Of a stretch of 64,000 bases of DNA, positions 1 to 13,193 are shown in pieces. A program made the position numbers and the translations under genes. The stretch spans positions 35,786,464 to 35,850,463 of the forward strand of contig NC_043011.1 of assembly GCF_006345805.1 (NCBI RefSeq). Reading direction: 5' to 3'. The stretch is from Octopus sinensis (Eukaryota). How positions within the stretch are numbered: the stretch's first letter is position 1; each line of letters starts with the position of its first letter. The notes under the pieces were generated by a model. It was not told the origin of the DNA. It ran no database searches and worked only from the letters and a program-made list of their open reading frames with translations.

Positions 1-294
1 AAATCCTTTCATCTAGATGTAGATAATGGTAACCACGGCGAATATTAAGCTTAAATTTGACACAATTTAAATAGACGCTTAATTAACCCTATACTTGTTC
101 CTTTATAAATTTAAATGCATAACTGCGCACGTATTTACATCACATTATCAGTACAACTTTGAACAGTTTATGATGGACAATTCATTTAGCTATCGAAAAT
201 ATACGCCATTCTATGAACTATAAAATATAATTACAATATGTACCACTTGATTCCCTATGCTGTCGAATACATTAAAATGTTAAATCATTTACAG

Positions 295-314
295 TTATTC
301 CTCAGAGAGTATTT
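295..314 (+). CDS. Possible 20-nt micro-exon (phase 0->2; LFLREY) of the unidentified gene
   Basis: catttacAG acceptor and GTAAGT donor; TT|G joins in frame to the 10094 exon. Very short, so it could be chance. Confidence 0.25.
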
Positions 315-964
315 GTAAGTACACATTTCGCAGTTCTATGAAATTAGTTCTTCAATTGATAAATTTCCGGGCACTACAATCGCAAAATGGCTTAGTGATC
401 AGTTCTTATTATTACGTACCGAACTCGCAGTTATTTACCGAGAATAACATAAACGGTGGTGACATGTCACGAAATAAACAGACAAACTTCTAGTAAATGC
501 CTAAATTATTTTTAATGTAAATTTAACAAAATTAGCAGTTGAATGATGGGGGTGGAAGTCCAAGGTAAATCCCTAACAATTAGGCACGGTCTAAATCTCT
601 GTATCTACCGTATAAGCCATAAAAAGCCACATGGTCTCTCGTGTAATAGAAATAGAAGTAAAATCTTTTTCGAATAACATCCTACCGTTTTAAGAATAAA
701 GGAAAGATACACTGGATAACAAATGTAGTACTTGAAGAGGGGGAAGGTGACATTACAGTTATAGAAAACAAGAAAAGAAGGTGATAAATGTATAGATATA
801 TACGAGAGAAGAAACGGCTGGGACAGTATAAATATGCTATAGAAAAGTGGTGTTGGAAACTACGTATATATATAGGGAGAGTTTATGAAAAAAACAAAAG
901 ACGAAGACAGGTGGTGTACAAAACAAACAGATGTATTAGTATAACGCTCAGGAATAGAAAAAGT

Positions 965-1000
965 CTTTTACGTTTCGAGCCTACGCTCTTCTACAGAAAG
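965..1000 (-). ncRNA. Minimal hammerhead-ribozyme-like motif, family H1 (variant core CUGUAGA)
   Basis: Minus strand: CTTT-CTGTAGA-A-GAGC(GTAG)GCTC-GAAAC-GTA-AAAG; stems I and II pair. Confidence 0.6.
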
Positions 1001-1208
1001 GGACACAGAAAAAACAAGGAGAGAAACAAGGAGAGGAAAAAATGTGTGTAGTGGCTAACGATCTATCATGGCGATGTTGAGGTGTATTCCGTTAAGAACG
1101 TATTAGAGTACAAAATAAAGCTCGTTGTATCGAAACATGTGTAGTGGTCATTAAACAGCTGTCGAATCGTACTCCCTCTTAGTTTTGACTAAATTTATTG
1201 TTTCTTTT

Positions 1209-1276
<68 letters not shown>

Positions 1277-1421
1277 TTTGTACTCATGGGTATATGTCGA
1301 TTAGCGTGTTAATGTGTTGAGTAAAGCACTGGCACTGTTTGGGCTACCTAGTGACATCCGCAGCTGGAATATATTTCCGTTGGATCTACTTCAGGATTTC
1401 TGCAGTGTTAGTGTCAGTCGA

Positions 1422-1524
1422 AATAATAATTGATTGAGTAACCAGAAGGTGGATTTGGTATTTGTCTTTATTTTGTGAAGACTAATACCAAATCCATCCT
1501 CTGGTTACTCAATCAATTATATTA
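1422..1524. repeat. Fold-back hairpin, 47-bp arms with 3 mismatches, 9-nt loop
   Basis: AATAATAATTGATTGAGTAACCAGA...GTCTT / AAGAC...TCTGGTTACTCAATCAATTATTATT. Confidence 0.9.
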
Positions 1525-2639
1525 CATACATATAAGAGGGATGACCACTAAGTGGACATTCATTATGCTAGAAGTAGACCCCCTATGATCTTACCACTAC
1601 GAAAGGATTGTTCTCAAGAAAATTTAGCAGAAAATGTATATGTCTTGAGATGTTTACCTAGCTCTACCGTTTGTTGTTCTCTTTAACAATTATGTATCCG
1701 TATAATCGATACAGTACCTATACAAACAAGACCAGTAGAAGGGTAATAGTATAGCTATTCTATACAAGAAGGGGTGATAATTGTACAGATATACTTTACA
1801 AGATAATATACTGTATATGAAAGTGGAAGTGTTAAGAGTAAAAATATACAAGAGGGAATGGTAATGGCCTCACTGACAGTGTTGCGTTGTTTTATAACCA
1901 GGAGCAGACCTATGACCAAAGCTGTCAGGTTATAGCTGGAAAGTCAAGCCACAATCTATCCGTTACTTATATACATGGGAGTGTATTAGTCAATGTGACG
2001 TTCGTTTACATGATAGTGGAATGCGATGTTAAGGAAATCTGGCTGCTATTTTACAACAAGCGGATGTATTACAAGATCTAGTCGGCGTGGAACGCCCATG
2101 CATTTACTTGACCAGCCAGAAATAGCAGGCAAATATCCCTCAAATCATTGAGAAAACAACCGTATTTTTCCCAATACCAACCTTCAAGTTTTCTTGTTTT
2201 GTTTTCTTTTTTAGGTACGAGGATGTAAAACGAAGGAGATTTAGGGATGGCTTATAGCAGTAATTTAGTTTCAGGTGAGCTTCGATCGGACCTGGTACTT
2301 GTAGAGCGTGAACCGACAACGTACTGACACGATAAATATCAATTATTGTTGCAGTTTAGCACCATGTAAGTTCTGTCTCAGCAGACCTAGATCTAGTAAT
2401 TTTTTGCCTTTGTACACATCTATGAATTCTTTAATCAATGCACCTTTCACTTTTCAAAGATGGTGTGGTGTAAATTGTCGAAACACTACATAAACGCTCA
2501 TTCGGTATCAGTATTATAATAAGGTCGCTTTTAAAACCAAATCAAGTCTTAACTGAAAATAAAAATGAGTTCGTTATTTAGGTACAAGGAGAACAGTTTT
2601 CAAGTGTGGGCTTAGTTGATACTATCGACATTAGTACTT

Positions 2640-3812
2640 GACTGGTACATCATTTTATCGATTCCGAAAAGGTTAAAGGCAAAATTGAACCTGGTAGGAT
2701 TTGAACTCAGATTGTAAAGGACCAAAACAAATAGTTCGCAGTAGTATTTCTTTCTGATCCTCCAACGACTCCGTACGTTCAACGATTTTGACTTTATCAT
2801 AATAATGGTGGTTTCAAATTTCGACACAGGGCCAGCAGTTTTTTGAGGAGAGCAGGTAAGTTGCTTATCTCGACCCCAGTGCTAGACTGGTAATTTATTT
2901 TAGCAGCGGCCTAAAGGATGAAAAGTAAAGTTGACCTCAGTTGTATTTGAACTCACACCATAAAGAGCCGGATGAAATGGTGCGGAACATTTTGCATGAT
3001 GATTCTTCCAGATCACTGCTTTGAATAACAATAGCAATTCTTTCTATTATAGGGAAATTTGGGGGAAGGGCTAGTTGATAACGTCGACCCCAGCGTTCAA
3101 CTGGTACTTATTTTATCGACCAACAAACAGTTGACACGCAAAGTCGACCTTGGTGGAATGCGAAATCAGGAAGTAAAAAGCTTGATGAAATGCCGCTACG
3201 CATTTTGTTCGGAGTGCAGAAAGCTTGAAATGCTGAGGGACATTGTTATACGATTACGCGTCGACCCCAGCGCTGAACTATTGCTTATTTTACTGAACCC
3301 GAAAGACTGAATGGCAATGTCGGCCTCCAAGGAATTTGAACTCAAAACGTAAAGTTGGAAGAAATGATGCGAAGTATTTAGTGCGGCGTGTTAACGTTTT
3401 TGTCAGATCACTTCCATCAATAATAATCCTTTCTACTATAGGCTCAAGGCCTGAAATTTTGGGGTTGAGGTTAGTCTATTAGATAGACCCCAGTATGCAA
3501 CTGGTACTTAATTTATCGACCCCGAAAAAAGATGAAAAGCAAAGTTGAATTGAACTCAGAACATAACAGCAGACAAAATACCTATTTCTTTACTACCCAC
3601 AAGGGGCTAAACACAGAGAAGACAAACAAGGACAGACAAACGGATTAAGTCGATTATAGCGACCCCAGTGCGTAACTGGTACTTATTTAATCGACCCCGA
3701 AAGGATGAAAGGCAAAGTCGAGCTCGGAGGAATTTGAACTCAGAACGTAATAGCAGACGAAATACGGCTACGCAGTTCGCCAGCGTGCTATCGTTTCTGC
3801 CAGCTCGCCGCC
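2640..3812 (-). mobile_element. Tandem cluster of about 6 family A SINE copies; last copy (3583..3812) near full length
   Basis: Repeated ATCGACCCC...AAAGTCGAC...TTTGAACTCAG module; full copy ends in GCCAGCTCGCCGCC (tRNA-like head on minus strand). Confidence 0.85.
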
Positions 3813-3890
3813 TTCACTTCCATTAATAACAATCATAATAATAATAATAATGATCATAATAATAATAATAATAATAATAAAATAATGCTC

Positions 3891-3933
<43 letters not shown>

Positions 3934-5148
3934 TAATATTATGATGATGATGATGATGATGATGATTTTTAAAAAAAAATTAAAACATTATTTTCAAAGA
4001 ATTCTTCCGAGATTTTCTTCACTTTTATTTATTTTCCACTTAGAGTCACAGATATTTCTTGCTTATTTATAATTCTATCTTTTTCTTCCTAATTGCATTG
4101 GACATATTGAAGAGATGATGGAGCTTTTCATATTGTTTTATTTATTTATAGAAGTCATGTCTACATTTCTATATTTCTTCCATCACGGATTCAATTATTA
4201 CGTCAAGCTGAAATCTATAAAAATAAAAGACGGCTACGATGCAGCCGTGGATGCGAAGTTGAGAAATTAACTTCGTAAACACTCAGTTCCGGGATCGATC
4301 CAAAACGGTGGTACTTTGGAAAAGCATCTCTTATTATAACCTCGAGCAGACGATTACATTGATTCCCTTTGCTTTGGTACAAAGCCTCAGATTTTACTGA
4401 AAGGTATAATTATTTATATCTATTCCAGTACTTGATTAGTATTTTGTATAAACAACACCAGACAGATGCCAGGCAGAATTTGACCTCAGAGAGATCTGAA
4501 TTCAAATCATAAACGGCTAGAACTAAAAAAATGTAAGGTGCTTTTTTGTCCGACGCTCTAACGTATCTCCCACTCCCATGCCTTGCCCTACATAGACTAA
4601 TGTATTGCGAGAGAAATTTATTGACAGATGTAAACTAAATCCAATATGTGCATGTGTGCGTATCTGCAAGTATATGGGCATTTTTTTTGTATGTGTGTTT
4701 ATACATGTATCTGTGTATATGTGCACGCACATACGTGCATTTGGTTCATCGTGGTGTGAGAACCGTTACGTTTGAACAGAAATAGCCTGCGGTATTAATG
4801 TCCGACCAAATTATACCCCACTTCCTTGCGGCAATGTCCTCTTTCCATAAAGTATGCTACGAGATCGATGAAATTAAATACCAGACAAATGACAGTAATC
4901 GATATGTTTGACAAAAGCGCTGGAAGGAAGTGTCTTCAGCATGACCGCCATACAATGACCGAAACTCAATTTAAAAAGTGAAGGCCTGCAACGTACACCC
5001 ACACACTCACGCACGCGCGCAGGCTTACACGTACACACACATAGGACAACACATACTATCACCAGCAATAAATTCCAACGCAGGAAGCATACCAGCCATG
5101 TTCCATATAGCAAATTGTATCACTTTAAATGTTCTAGTAAGTATAGGT

Positions 5149-5400
5149 GTGGAGGCGCATGGCTTAATGGTTAGGGTGTCAGCACCATGATCGTTAGATT
5201 GTGGTTTCGATTCTTGGACCGGGCGACGCGTTGTGTTCTTGAGCAAAACACTTTATTTCACGTTGCTCTAGTTCACTCTGCTAGCAAAAATGAGTAATGC
5301 TGTGATGGACTAGCGTCCTGTCCAGCTGGGGAACACATACGCCATAGAAACCGGGAAACCGGGCCCATGAGCCTGGCTAGGATTTAAAAGGGCGCATTTA
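5149..5400 (+). mobile_element. Family D SINE
   Basis: GGAGGCGCATGGCTTAATGGTTAGGG head; TGATGGACTAGCGTCCTGTCCAG; GAAACCGGGAAACCGGGCCCATGAGCC tail. Confidence 0.85.
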
Positions 5401-5434
5401 TTTATTTTTATTTAGTAAGCATAGGTAGGTGTAT

Positions 5435-5467
<33 letters not shown>

Positions 5468-5931
5468 AGAAATTAAAGAAGGAAAATGCACACACTTTAC
5501 ATAGAGTTAATATAGTTTTTAATATATCATATATTATGTTTGTCGACCGGTTTCGCTTTGGCTAGTCCAGCCCAAGTTGTCATCTATAATCTTAAAATTT
5601 AAAAGTAATTCAAATTCAATTTTTTCTTGAAATAATATACTTCTATAGCGATTAGGATTTAAATTCCAATCTATGAAAAGTTTCCGTTCTACAATATTCT
5701 TAAAGGAACGAAAAATTATCCAGCAACTCGGGCCTAGTAAGTGTAAACGACTAAGGGGCATCTTTTGTCAAGAGTACAGGCAACAGTCAAATCGCTGATG
5801 TCTGTTGTGTACTCCGCTGTGGTTATTTGATTGCTGTTATTCTGTGCGTCTGTGTATAAAGATCAGTTGTGTTTTGTAGGGTTGCTTTATTTTTACCCCT
5901 AACTTAGAAATGGAGAACGAACGACATAGTG

Positions 5932-6009
<78 letters not shown>

Positions 6010-6071
6010 ATATTTTATTTTCCTATATGATATAGTTTATGTCTATCATTGTTTGAATTACATAATAGTGG

Positions 6072-6182
<111 letters not shown>

Positions 6183-6862
6183 GAGTGAGAGAGGGAGAGA
6201 GAGAGTGAGAGAGAGAGAGAGGAGAGAGAAAGAGGTGCATATAAGTAGTGGTATGTGTGTGTATATACATACATATGCATATCTGTGTGTTTGGGTGTAT
6301 TCTTATATGTGTATATATATGTGTGTGAATGAGTAAAACTGATGAGAATAATTAAATTCTCTTATGGTATTTACATGTCTTGTGTCGAATTGCGTTGCTG
6401 CATGCTAAAATGTTAAACTTAAACAGTTGATCAACAGGGAATAATAACGCAAGCATCTGATATGAATGGGGTCAACATTCAACTCGAGGGGGACGACTTT
6501 ACAGAAGTTTTATTTCTTGGTTGGGAGAGGATCGATAAAATAAGTACCAGTTAAACACTGGGGTCGATGTAATCGACTTATCCCCTTGCGCAAAGTTTCT
6601 GGTCTTGTGCCAAAATTGAAACTGATATCAATAAGGTCAAACTCATCGACTACGGCACAACAAGTTTGTGATCAAGCATGGCCAATAACTAAAATCAGAA
6701 AAGAAAGCAAATACGTACGTAAATACACACACACACATGCACGCACACACACACACACACACGCACACTCACATACACACAAACATACACATATACATGT
6801 ATGTATTTATCTATCTATCTATTTTTTCTTTCCTTTTTTCTCTCCTTGTTTTTACTGTGTCC

Positions 6863-6898
6863 CTTTCTGTAGTAGAGCGTAGGCTCGAAACGTAAAAG
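6863..6898 (+). ncRNA. Minimal hammerhead-like motif, family H1 (core mutated)
   Basis: CTTT-CTGTAGT-A-GAGC(GTAG)GCTC-GAAAC-GTA-AAAG, inside the same ~150-bp repeat as the 965 and 44651 copies. Confidence 0.5.
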
Positions 6899-6984
6899 AC
6901 TTTTTCTATTCCTCACGTTGTACTAATACATCTGTTTGTTTTGTACACCACCTGTCTTTATCTTTTGTTTTTTTCGTAAATTCG

Positions 6985-7046
<62 letters not shown>

Positions 7047-8079
7047 ATACATATATATATGTTCATATATATCAGAGGGAGGGGTAGAATCGTAATGAGG
7101 AACAGCTTTTATACCACAGAACCAAAGTACAAGACACAATATGAAAATAGACAGTAGTTTTGTTAGAACACAATATATATACACATACATATATACACAC
7201 ATATGCATATGTGTGTATGTATGACTATGTATGTATATCTGTGTGTATGCACTTTTCTGTGTATTTGCGCCGTATTTATTCATATTTAGGTTAAATACAT
7301 TTACATAATCCAAATAAAATTTGCCATTCGTACAATGCTCATTACCATAATTTTGATTTGTTAATATTTGAAGATTCTGGAATTGTATAAATAATTCAAA
7401 GAAGTAAATGAAGATTGTACAACGTCAAACGTTTACTGATAAGCAAATATTTCAAACAGTGGAATATCATTTATACCATTACGAAGAAGAATAGCTTAAC
7501 GCTTCGGATAATTACTATTTTTCGGAAAGGAATGAAAGTGACTAAGACAATAAAAATAAAGGTTTTAAAACTAAACAAAAGATTTGCGTCGTGAAGAAAG
7601 ACAAGCATCCGAAACGTTAGAATTCTCTTATTTCTTGCGGTATATTCCACTGTTTGTATTTACTGCTTCATGTTTTGATGGCACAAGACATTACAAGCTA
7701 CTTCGGATGCTGCAGGTTAACTCTCTGTCTGTATCTCTCTTTCTCTCGTTGTCTCTCTTTCTGACACTCACACACACACACACGCGCAATACACTCACAA
7801 AGTTTACTAAAACTGAATGTTTATCCCGAAACCGCGATCTTCAGGTAACAAGACATACGCTCACACACGTATATGCCCGCATGCATATACATACATATCC
7901 ACACACGCACACACACACATACACACACGTCCGCACGCAAATACATATATAACCACACACACACACATACATGTCCGCTTACACACACACGCGTCCTCAT
8001 GCACACGCATACACGATCGCGCGCGAGAGCACACACACACACGCGTCCTCATGCACACGCATACACGATCGCGCGCGAG

Positions 8080-8119
<40 letters not shown>

Positions 8120-8392
8120 TGTGCACATTATTTCACTACGGTGATTGATTGACAGAGCCGTTAAAGTATTTTAATCTGGTTTTCTGTGCTTTGACGTCTC
8201 GTCCTGTTGTAACCAACTTTGCATTCTATCTTTTAGTAGTTGATAAAATATTAACAGTCCAATACTTGTGCGGCCACTTTCTGTCCTTCAGTACAGTAAT
8301 GAAACATCAAAATGGACGACGTTCTGTAGGTTTGTGGATTACTTCCCTATTGAGACAGTAAATACTTCACTTACTATCTGTTCACCTGCTAT

Positions 8393-8574
8393 AGGCGTAG
8401 GAGTGGCTGTGTGGTAACTAGCTTGCTTACCAACAACATGTTTCCAGGTTCTGTCCCACTGCGTGTCACCTTGCGTAAGTGTCTTCTACTATAGCCTTGG
8501 GCCGACCAAAGCCTTGTGAGTGGATTTAGTAGACGGAAACTGAAAAACGCCCGTCGTATATATATGTATATGCA

Positions 8575-8635
<61 letters not shown>

Positions 8636-8801
8636 TTGTGTGTCTGTATTTGTCCCCTCTCCAACATTGCTTGACAACTGATGCTGGTGTGTTTACGTCG
8701 CCGTAACTTAGTTGTTCGGCAAAAGAGACCGATAGAATAAGTACTAGGCGGTGCTCCAGCATGCCCACAGTCAAATGACTGAAGCAAGTAAAGAGTAAAA
8801 G
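8393..8801 (+). mobile_element. Family B SINE (~400 bp, internal TA/TG microsatellite)
   Basis: GGAGTGGCTGTGTGGTAA head ... GGTGCTCCAGCATG..CAGTCAAATGACTGAA..AAGTAAAAGAG tail; repeated through the window. Confidence 0.9.
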
Positions 8802-8966
8802 TGATCTTCAGTTAGAAAGGTAACCCCAGCTTCAAAATACGAACGTTACTAATTACGAACCTCCCCAGAGAATAAATTTATCACCGAAGAATTAAATGCC
8901 AGAAGTTTTTCGCTGCTAAACTAATTAAATATAAGAGAATATGCAATAATAATAATAATAATAATA

Positions 8967-9004
<38 letters not shown>

Positions 9005-9671
9005 TAATAATAAAAATAATAAAATTAATATAAAAACAAATACAAAATATAGAAATGCGGGGAAAATTGAAATTTAAATCGATATTAGTTCTGTCAACTG
9101 ACGTTGAAATATTCTGAATCTCACATAATATTATTCTCAATCTTTTTATTTTCTATTTTATTTTAATATTAATGACAGAAATGTGTATATTTTTGCTTCA
9201 TATTTTTAAATCTTTTGTCAGGATTTGTGTATTATTCAATTTTTAATAACAAATTTATTACTTCGCCGATTACTTTCATATTTGTTTTCTGTGTTATTTA
9301 TTTATTTATTCATTTTTCAAAAAAAAATTCAGCTTTGTTAAATCTGATATCATGGCTTTTATTTGATTAGTCCAATATTTCACATCGTCATAATTAACTT
9401 TACTGAATTTTCTCGTTTGCTATTCTCAGTAGAATTTGTATTTCGAAATGCCTATAATTATCCCATCAAATACGAATCTATATAGCTGTACATATATTTC
9501 ACCATAACGCTCTCTCTATATATAAATATCTATATACATATATCTTTATGTCTATCTCTTTTCCCCTCTCTCTATATATATATGAATATATTATATCTAT
9601 ATCTACATATATCTTTATGTCTATCTCTTTTCCCCTCTCTCTCTCTATATATGAATATATATATCTATATC

Positions 9672-9715
<44 letters not shown>

Positions 9716-10093
9716 CAGGCAAGTCTATCTATGTGCTCATATATACTTGTATACATACATATATATACACATACATATAAACATATATATATATTATATA
9801 TATATATATATTATATATAAGAATGAATGTTTTTATATATAATGAACGTGAATACAGGAAGGGACGAACACGGAACACAGACAAATCATTCGAAGCCTTC
9901 AATCTTCAGTCAGACACCGAATCATCATAGCAAATTTCGGCTGTATATACATACATATCTACACCACCACACATATATATGTGCATATTAGTGTTTTAAC
10001 GGATCGCAGAATGCATAAACAGTATCTATATACCAACAGAAAGAATAAATAACTTATTCGATTAACTGGAATCAGCGCTAACTTGATACTCAG

Positions 10094-10131
10094 GGTTTCA
10101 CCAGACACGGAATTTCATGTCTTTACAGTCG
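10094..10131 (+). CDS. Candidate exon (phase 2->1; VSPDTEFHVFTV)
   Basis: tactcAG acceptor; weak G|GTAGTT donor; open frame compatible with the next exon. Confidence 0.3.
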
Positions 10132-10424
10132 GTAGTTCTGGTGAAACATAATTGATAGCGATCAAAATGGCGGTGATGATAAGATCATTTGATTCATCAT
10201 CACAAATCATACGTAGGCTCTATGCTGTGTTCCTCAATTTGTTGTGAATTTAGTATAGTTTAAGGGAGATAACTCAAGAGTTTGAAGTAATGAAATGACA
10301 TGGTACAGATATAAAATAAAGGCATGATTATAAGATTAAAGGGTAGTAAACCAGCAGATCTTTATTATAGATCACTTTGTAAATTCGCGTCTGCATTTTC
10401 ATTTTCCTGCCTTCGCATGTATAG

Positions 10425-10488
10425 ACGTGTCTACGTATGATGTGCAGGTCCAGGTCTGGGCAATTCAAAACTTTGAAGATTTTAAAAT
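10425..10488 (+). CDS. Candidate exon (phase 1->2; VSTYDVQVQVWAIQNFEDFK)
   Basis: Pyrimidine tract then tatAG acceptor; AAT|GTATGT donor; 64 nt open. Confidence 0.5.
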
Positions 10489-10788
10489 GTATGTTTTGTT
10501 GTAATTTCTAAAAACTATAATAAACACAAAAAAGTAGAACCAAAGTTCAAATTTATATAATTTTATGGCATTTTGAATTTGGAACAAGTGAATGGTAGAT
10601 GAATAATGTCAGACTTTTATCAGTCAAAAAATCGTTAAAATGAAAAGAATAGTTTGGAAATCTTTTTATTTTTTTTTTTTAGAAAACTAAATGATTTTTT
10701 CTATTTAGTCTAGAAAAGAAAAGCGGTGTATGTGTGAATCATATTTAAACCCTGGTGATTTCTTGTAACCTTAGAAACAATATTGAAG

Positions 10789-10880
10789 ACTTTTGATGAT
10801 GCCGTTACAGTCTAGTGAAATTTACTCACATTTCAAGGTGTTTTCCACGAATGCTGTAATCTTGAGAAAAAAGGCACAGG
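10789..10880 (+). CDS. Candidate exon (phase 2->1; LLMMPLQSSEIYSHFKVFSTNAVILRKKAQ)
   Basis: Good CAGG|GTAACA donor; acceptor ttgaAG is weak (alternative in-frame acceptor ttacAG gives a start at 10811); open frame. Confidence 0.45.
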
Positions 10881-12255
10881 GTAACATCCAAAGGCTATTT
10901 GATTTCGAAAACTCAAGACATACGCTTAATTAAATAACAGGTTCTATACTGTTATTATTATTATTATTATTATTATTTTTACAGCTTTTTTTTCTCTTAT
11001 TATTTTCATCAAATTTTGCTTAAAATGTTTGATGCTGATTTATATAAAAACTATCCTTTTATGAGCTTTTAAAATGTTAAAGTGATATGAAATATTGTAG
11101 GGCAAGAGATGGCAGTAACTAACAAAATTAGGAAGCAAAGTCAATAAGAAGGATTTACTAGACAAACCGTGTATCACAGATTATCCGCATTTTACCAAAA
11201 AAAAAAAAAAGAAATCTGGGAAAATTTACCTGATAAAAAGAAATATGGTGTAAAGAAAAATTTGAAAGTTTATAACTCGTAGTTACTTGTACATGGTTGG
11301 TGTAGTGTTGATCCAAATTGCATCTTTTCTTGGAAATAGATAAAGTCTTGTATACATAGTTTGGGTAGTCACAATGAACATGAGCTTTCCGTAGAATATT
11401 TTCTTAAAATTTGTAAATAAGATGTTTTGAATGGGAGATTGTATTTGCCAATGATACATTCAACCATATGCCCAGATCATTACTTCTATGAAAGTATCAA
11501 ATGTTCGAAGACAGGCATGACGAATTTAGTATGAATGCGTTTTCTGGTACACCGTTCGCTTGTGACATAAACCTTAATGTTCATTATACTTATTTGGTAG
11601 TTTCATCAACTTGACATTTTCATCTTTCACAATTCGATACATTTGCCACCGTCTTCGTGATCTCTAACCCATCATAGATAATGTGTGTCTTAATCAAGAA
11701 GAATTTTCCACATTTTTGTTTTAATTCATTAATAGCTATTTGTGACGATTGTAATCTATACAAAATCAAGATGACGAAATATACAAATTCTCTGCAGAAA
11801 GTTTAGCCTAGCTACCGAACAAGTATATTTAGCAGTCATATGCTGCATCATCCTTCTGCTAAAAACTTTGTCTTCATACTACCATATTATTTAAAGCACT
11901 AGAAATACACAGGAGTCAACTTGGGTTGGCTTAACTTTTCCTTCTAAAACAATATATCTAGCTTTGCGGCTGCGTTATAAACCATTACAAAGGCTAGGAG
12001 ACTAAATGACCAGCAATATTCGTTTGCTTCATAGCATTTGTGATTTAAATCAGCGATTGTTATAAGATTCTCACCGCAAGTTGAAGAATGAGGGATTCTT
12101 GTCCTCTGAGGAATGACCAATCAACCGTAAAACAGGCCAGGACAATTTCTTTATATTTCTACTTGCAAAGAGATTAATTTCTTTTTTTACGTTTGTTTGC
12201 TTTTCACAGCATACTTGTTATAAATTGTTATGTATATATACACACACATATATAC

Positions 12256-12291
<36 letters not shown>

Positions 12292-12389
12292 ATATATATG
12301 TATATATATACATATAGACGCATGCTTATATATATATACAACCATGTTGTACTCCTTTACCACAATTTCATCTCACTATTTCTTCCTGT

Positions 12390-12567
12390 TTCTGTTGTAC
12401 CTGTATTTCAAAAGGGCCATCCTTGTCACACTCTGTGCAACTCTGAATCTCTCCGAGAACTATGTTAAGGCTACACATGTCTATGGAGTACGTTAATTTC
12501 CCGAGCAGGCTGTTCTGTTAATCGGATCAACTGGCACCCTCGTCATCGTAACCGACGGAGTGCCACG
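12390..12567 (+). mobile_element. Family C SINE 3' half
   Basis: CCTTGTCACACTCTGTG...CGTCATCGTAACCGACGGAGTGCC. Confidence 0.8.
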
Positions 12568-12667
12568 ATATATATATATATATATATACATTTCAAAATG
12601 TAACCACATGTGAATTCTTGGCGAGATTCTTTTCCCTCCGTCTTCCTTTTCTATTGGACTTTCCACT

Positions 12668-12702
12668 GTTTCTGAAGAAGAGCGTTGCTCGAAACGTCAA
12701 AC
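12668..12702 (+). ncRNA. Minimal type I hammerhead ribozyme, family H2, intact core
   Basis: GTTT-CTGAAGA-A-GAGC(GTT)GCTC-GAAAC-GTC-AAAC: CUGANGA, GAAA, GUC site, stems I and II, loop-less palindromic stem III. Confidence 0.7.
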
Positions 12703-12824
12703 CACCTTTATTTCCTTCTCAGAGCGTCTGCTAATACTTTACATGTACCACGTTCTCGCGTTGTTGTTTTTTTGTGTTTGTTTTTCGTTTTCTTTTGGAT
12801 TTACTATATATGTGTGTGTGTATC

Positions 12825-12885
12825 TGTTAGTATTAGTATTAGTATTAGTATTAGTAGTAGTAGTAGCAGTAGTAGTAGTAGAGTT

Positions 12886-12965
<80 letters not shown>
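12825..12965. repeat. (GTATTA)n/(GTA)n microsatellite
   Basis: Direct reading. Confidence 0.95.
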
Positions 12966-13193
12966 TAGAAGCTCTTCATAAATGATGAAAGCAGTAACTA
13001 TGCTGAGAAGTAAGCTTATCGCCACTTCAACGTGTCTGTTCGGTAGGAACCGACGTTACTACCGTTTTTAACCCCCGGAGGAAGCCTCATTCAGCTGGTT
13101 ATCGATGCAATCTGCACCTAATATATATTGCATGTAGGGGAGCTAACCCCCACCATCTTGTAGGGACGATGGGACCATATATATATATATATA

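Noticed and set aside
2215-2274. Strong acceptor and GTGAGC donor around 60 nt
   Set aside because: Stops in all three frames; context looks repetitive.
7591-7620. Further decayed hammerhead-like strings (7591..7620 +, ~9885..9915 -, ~43230..43265 -)
   Set aside because: Core or stems too mutated to call.
11280-12180. Unique-looking stretch that might be a decayed coding sequence
   Set aside because: Multiple stops in the frames examined and no motif I recognise.
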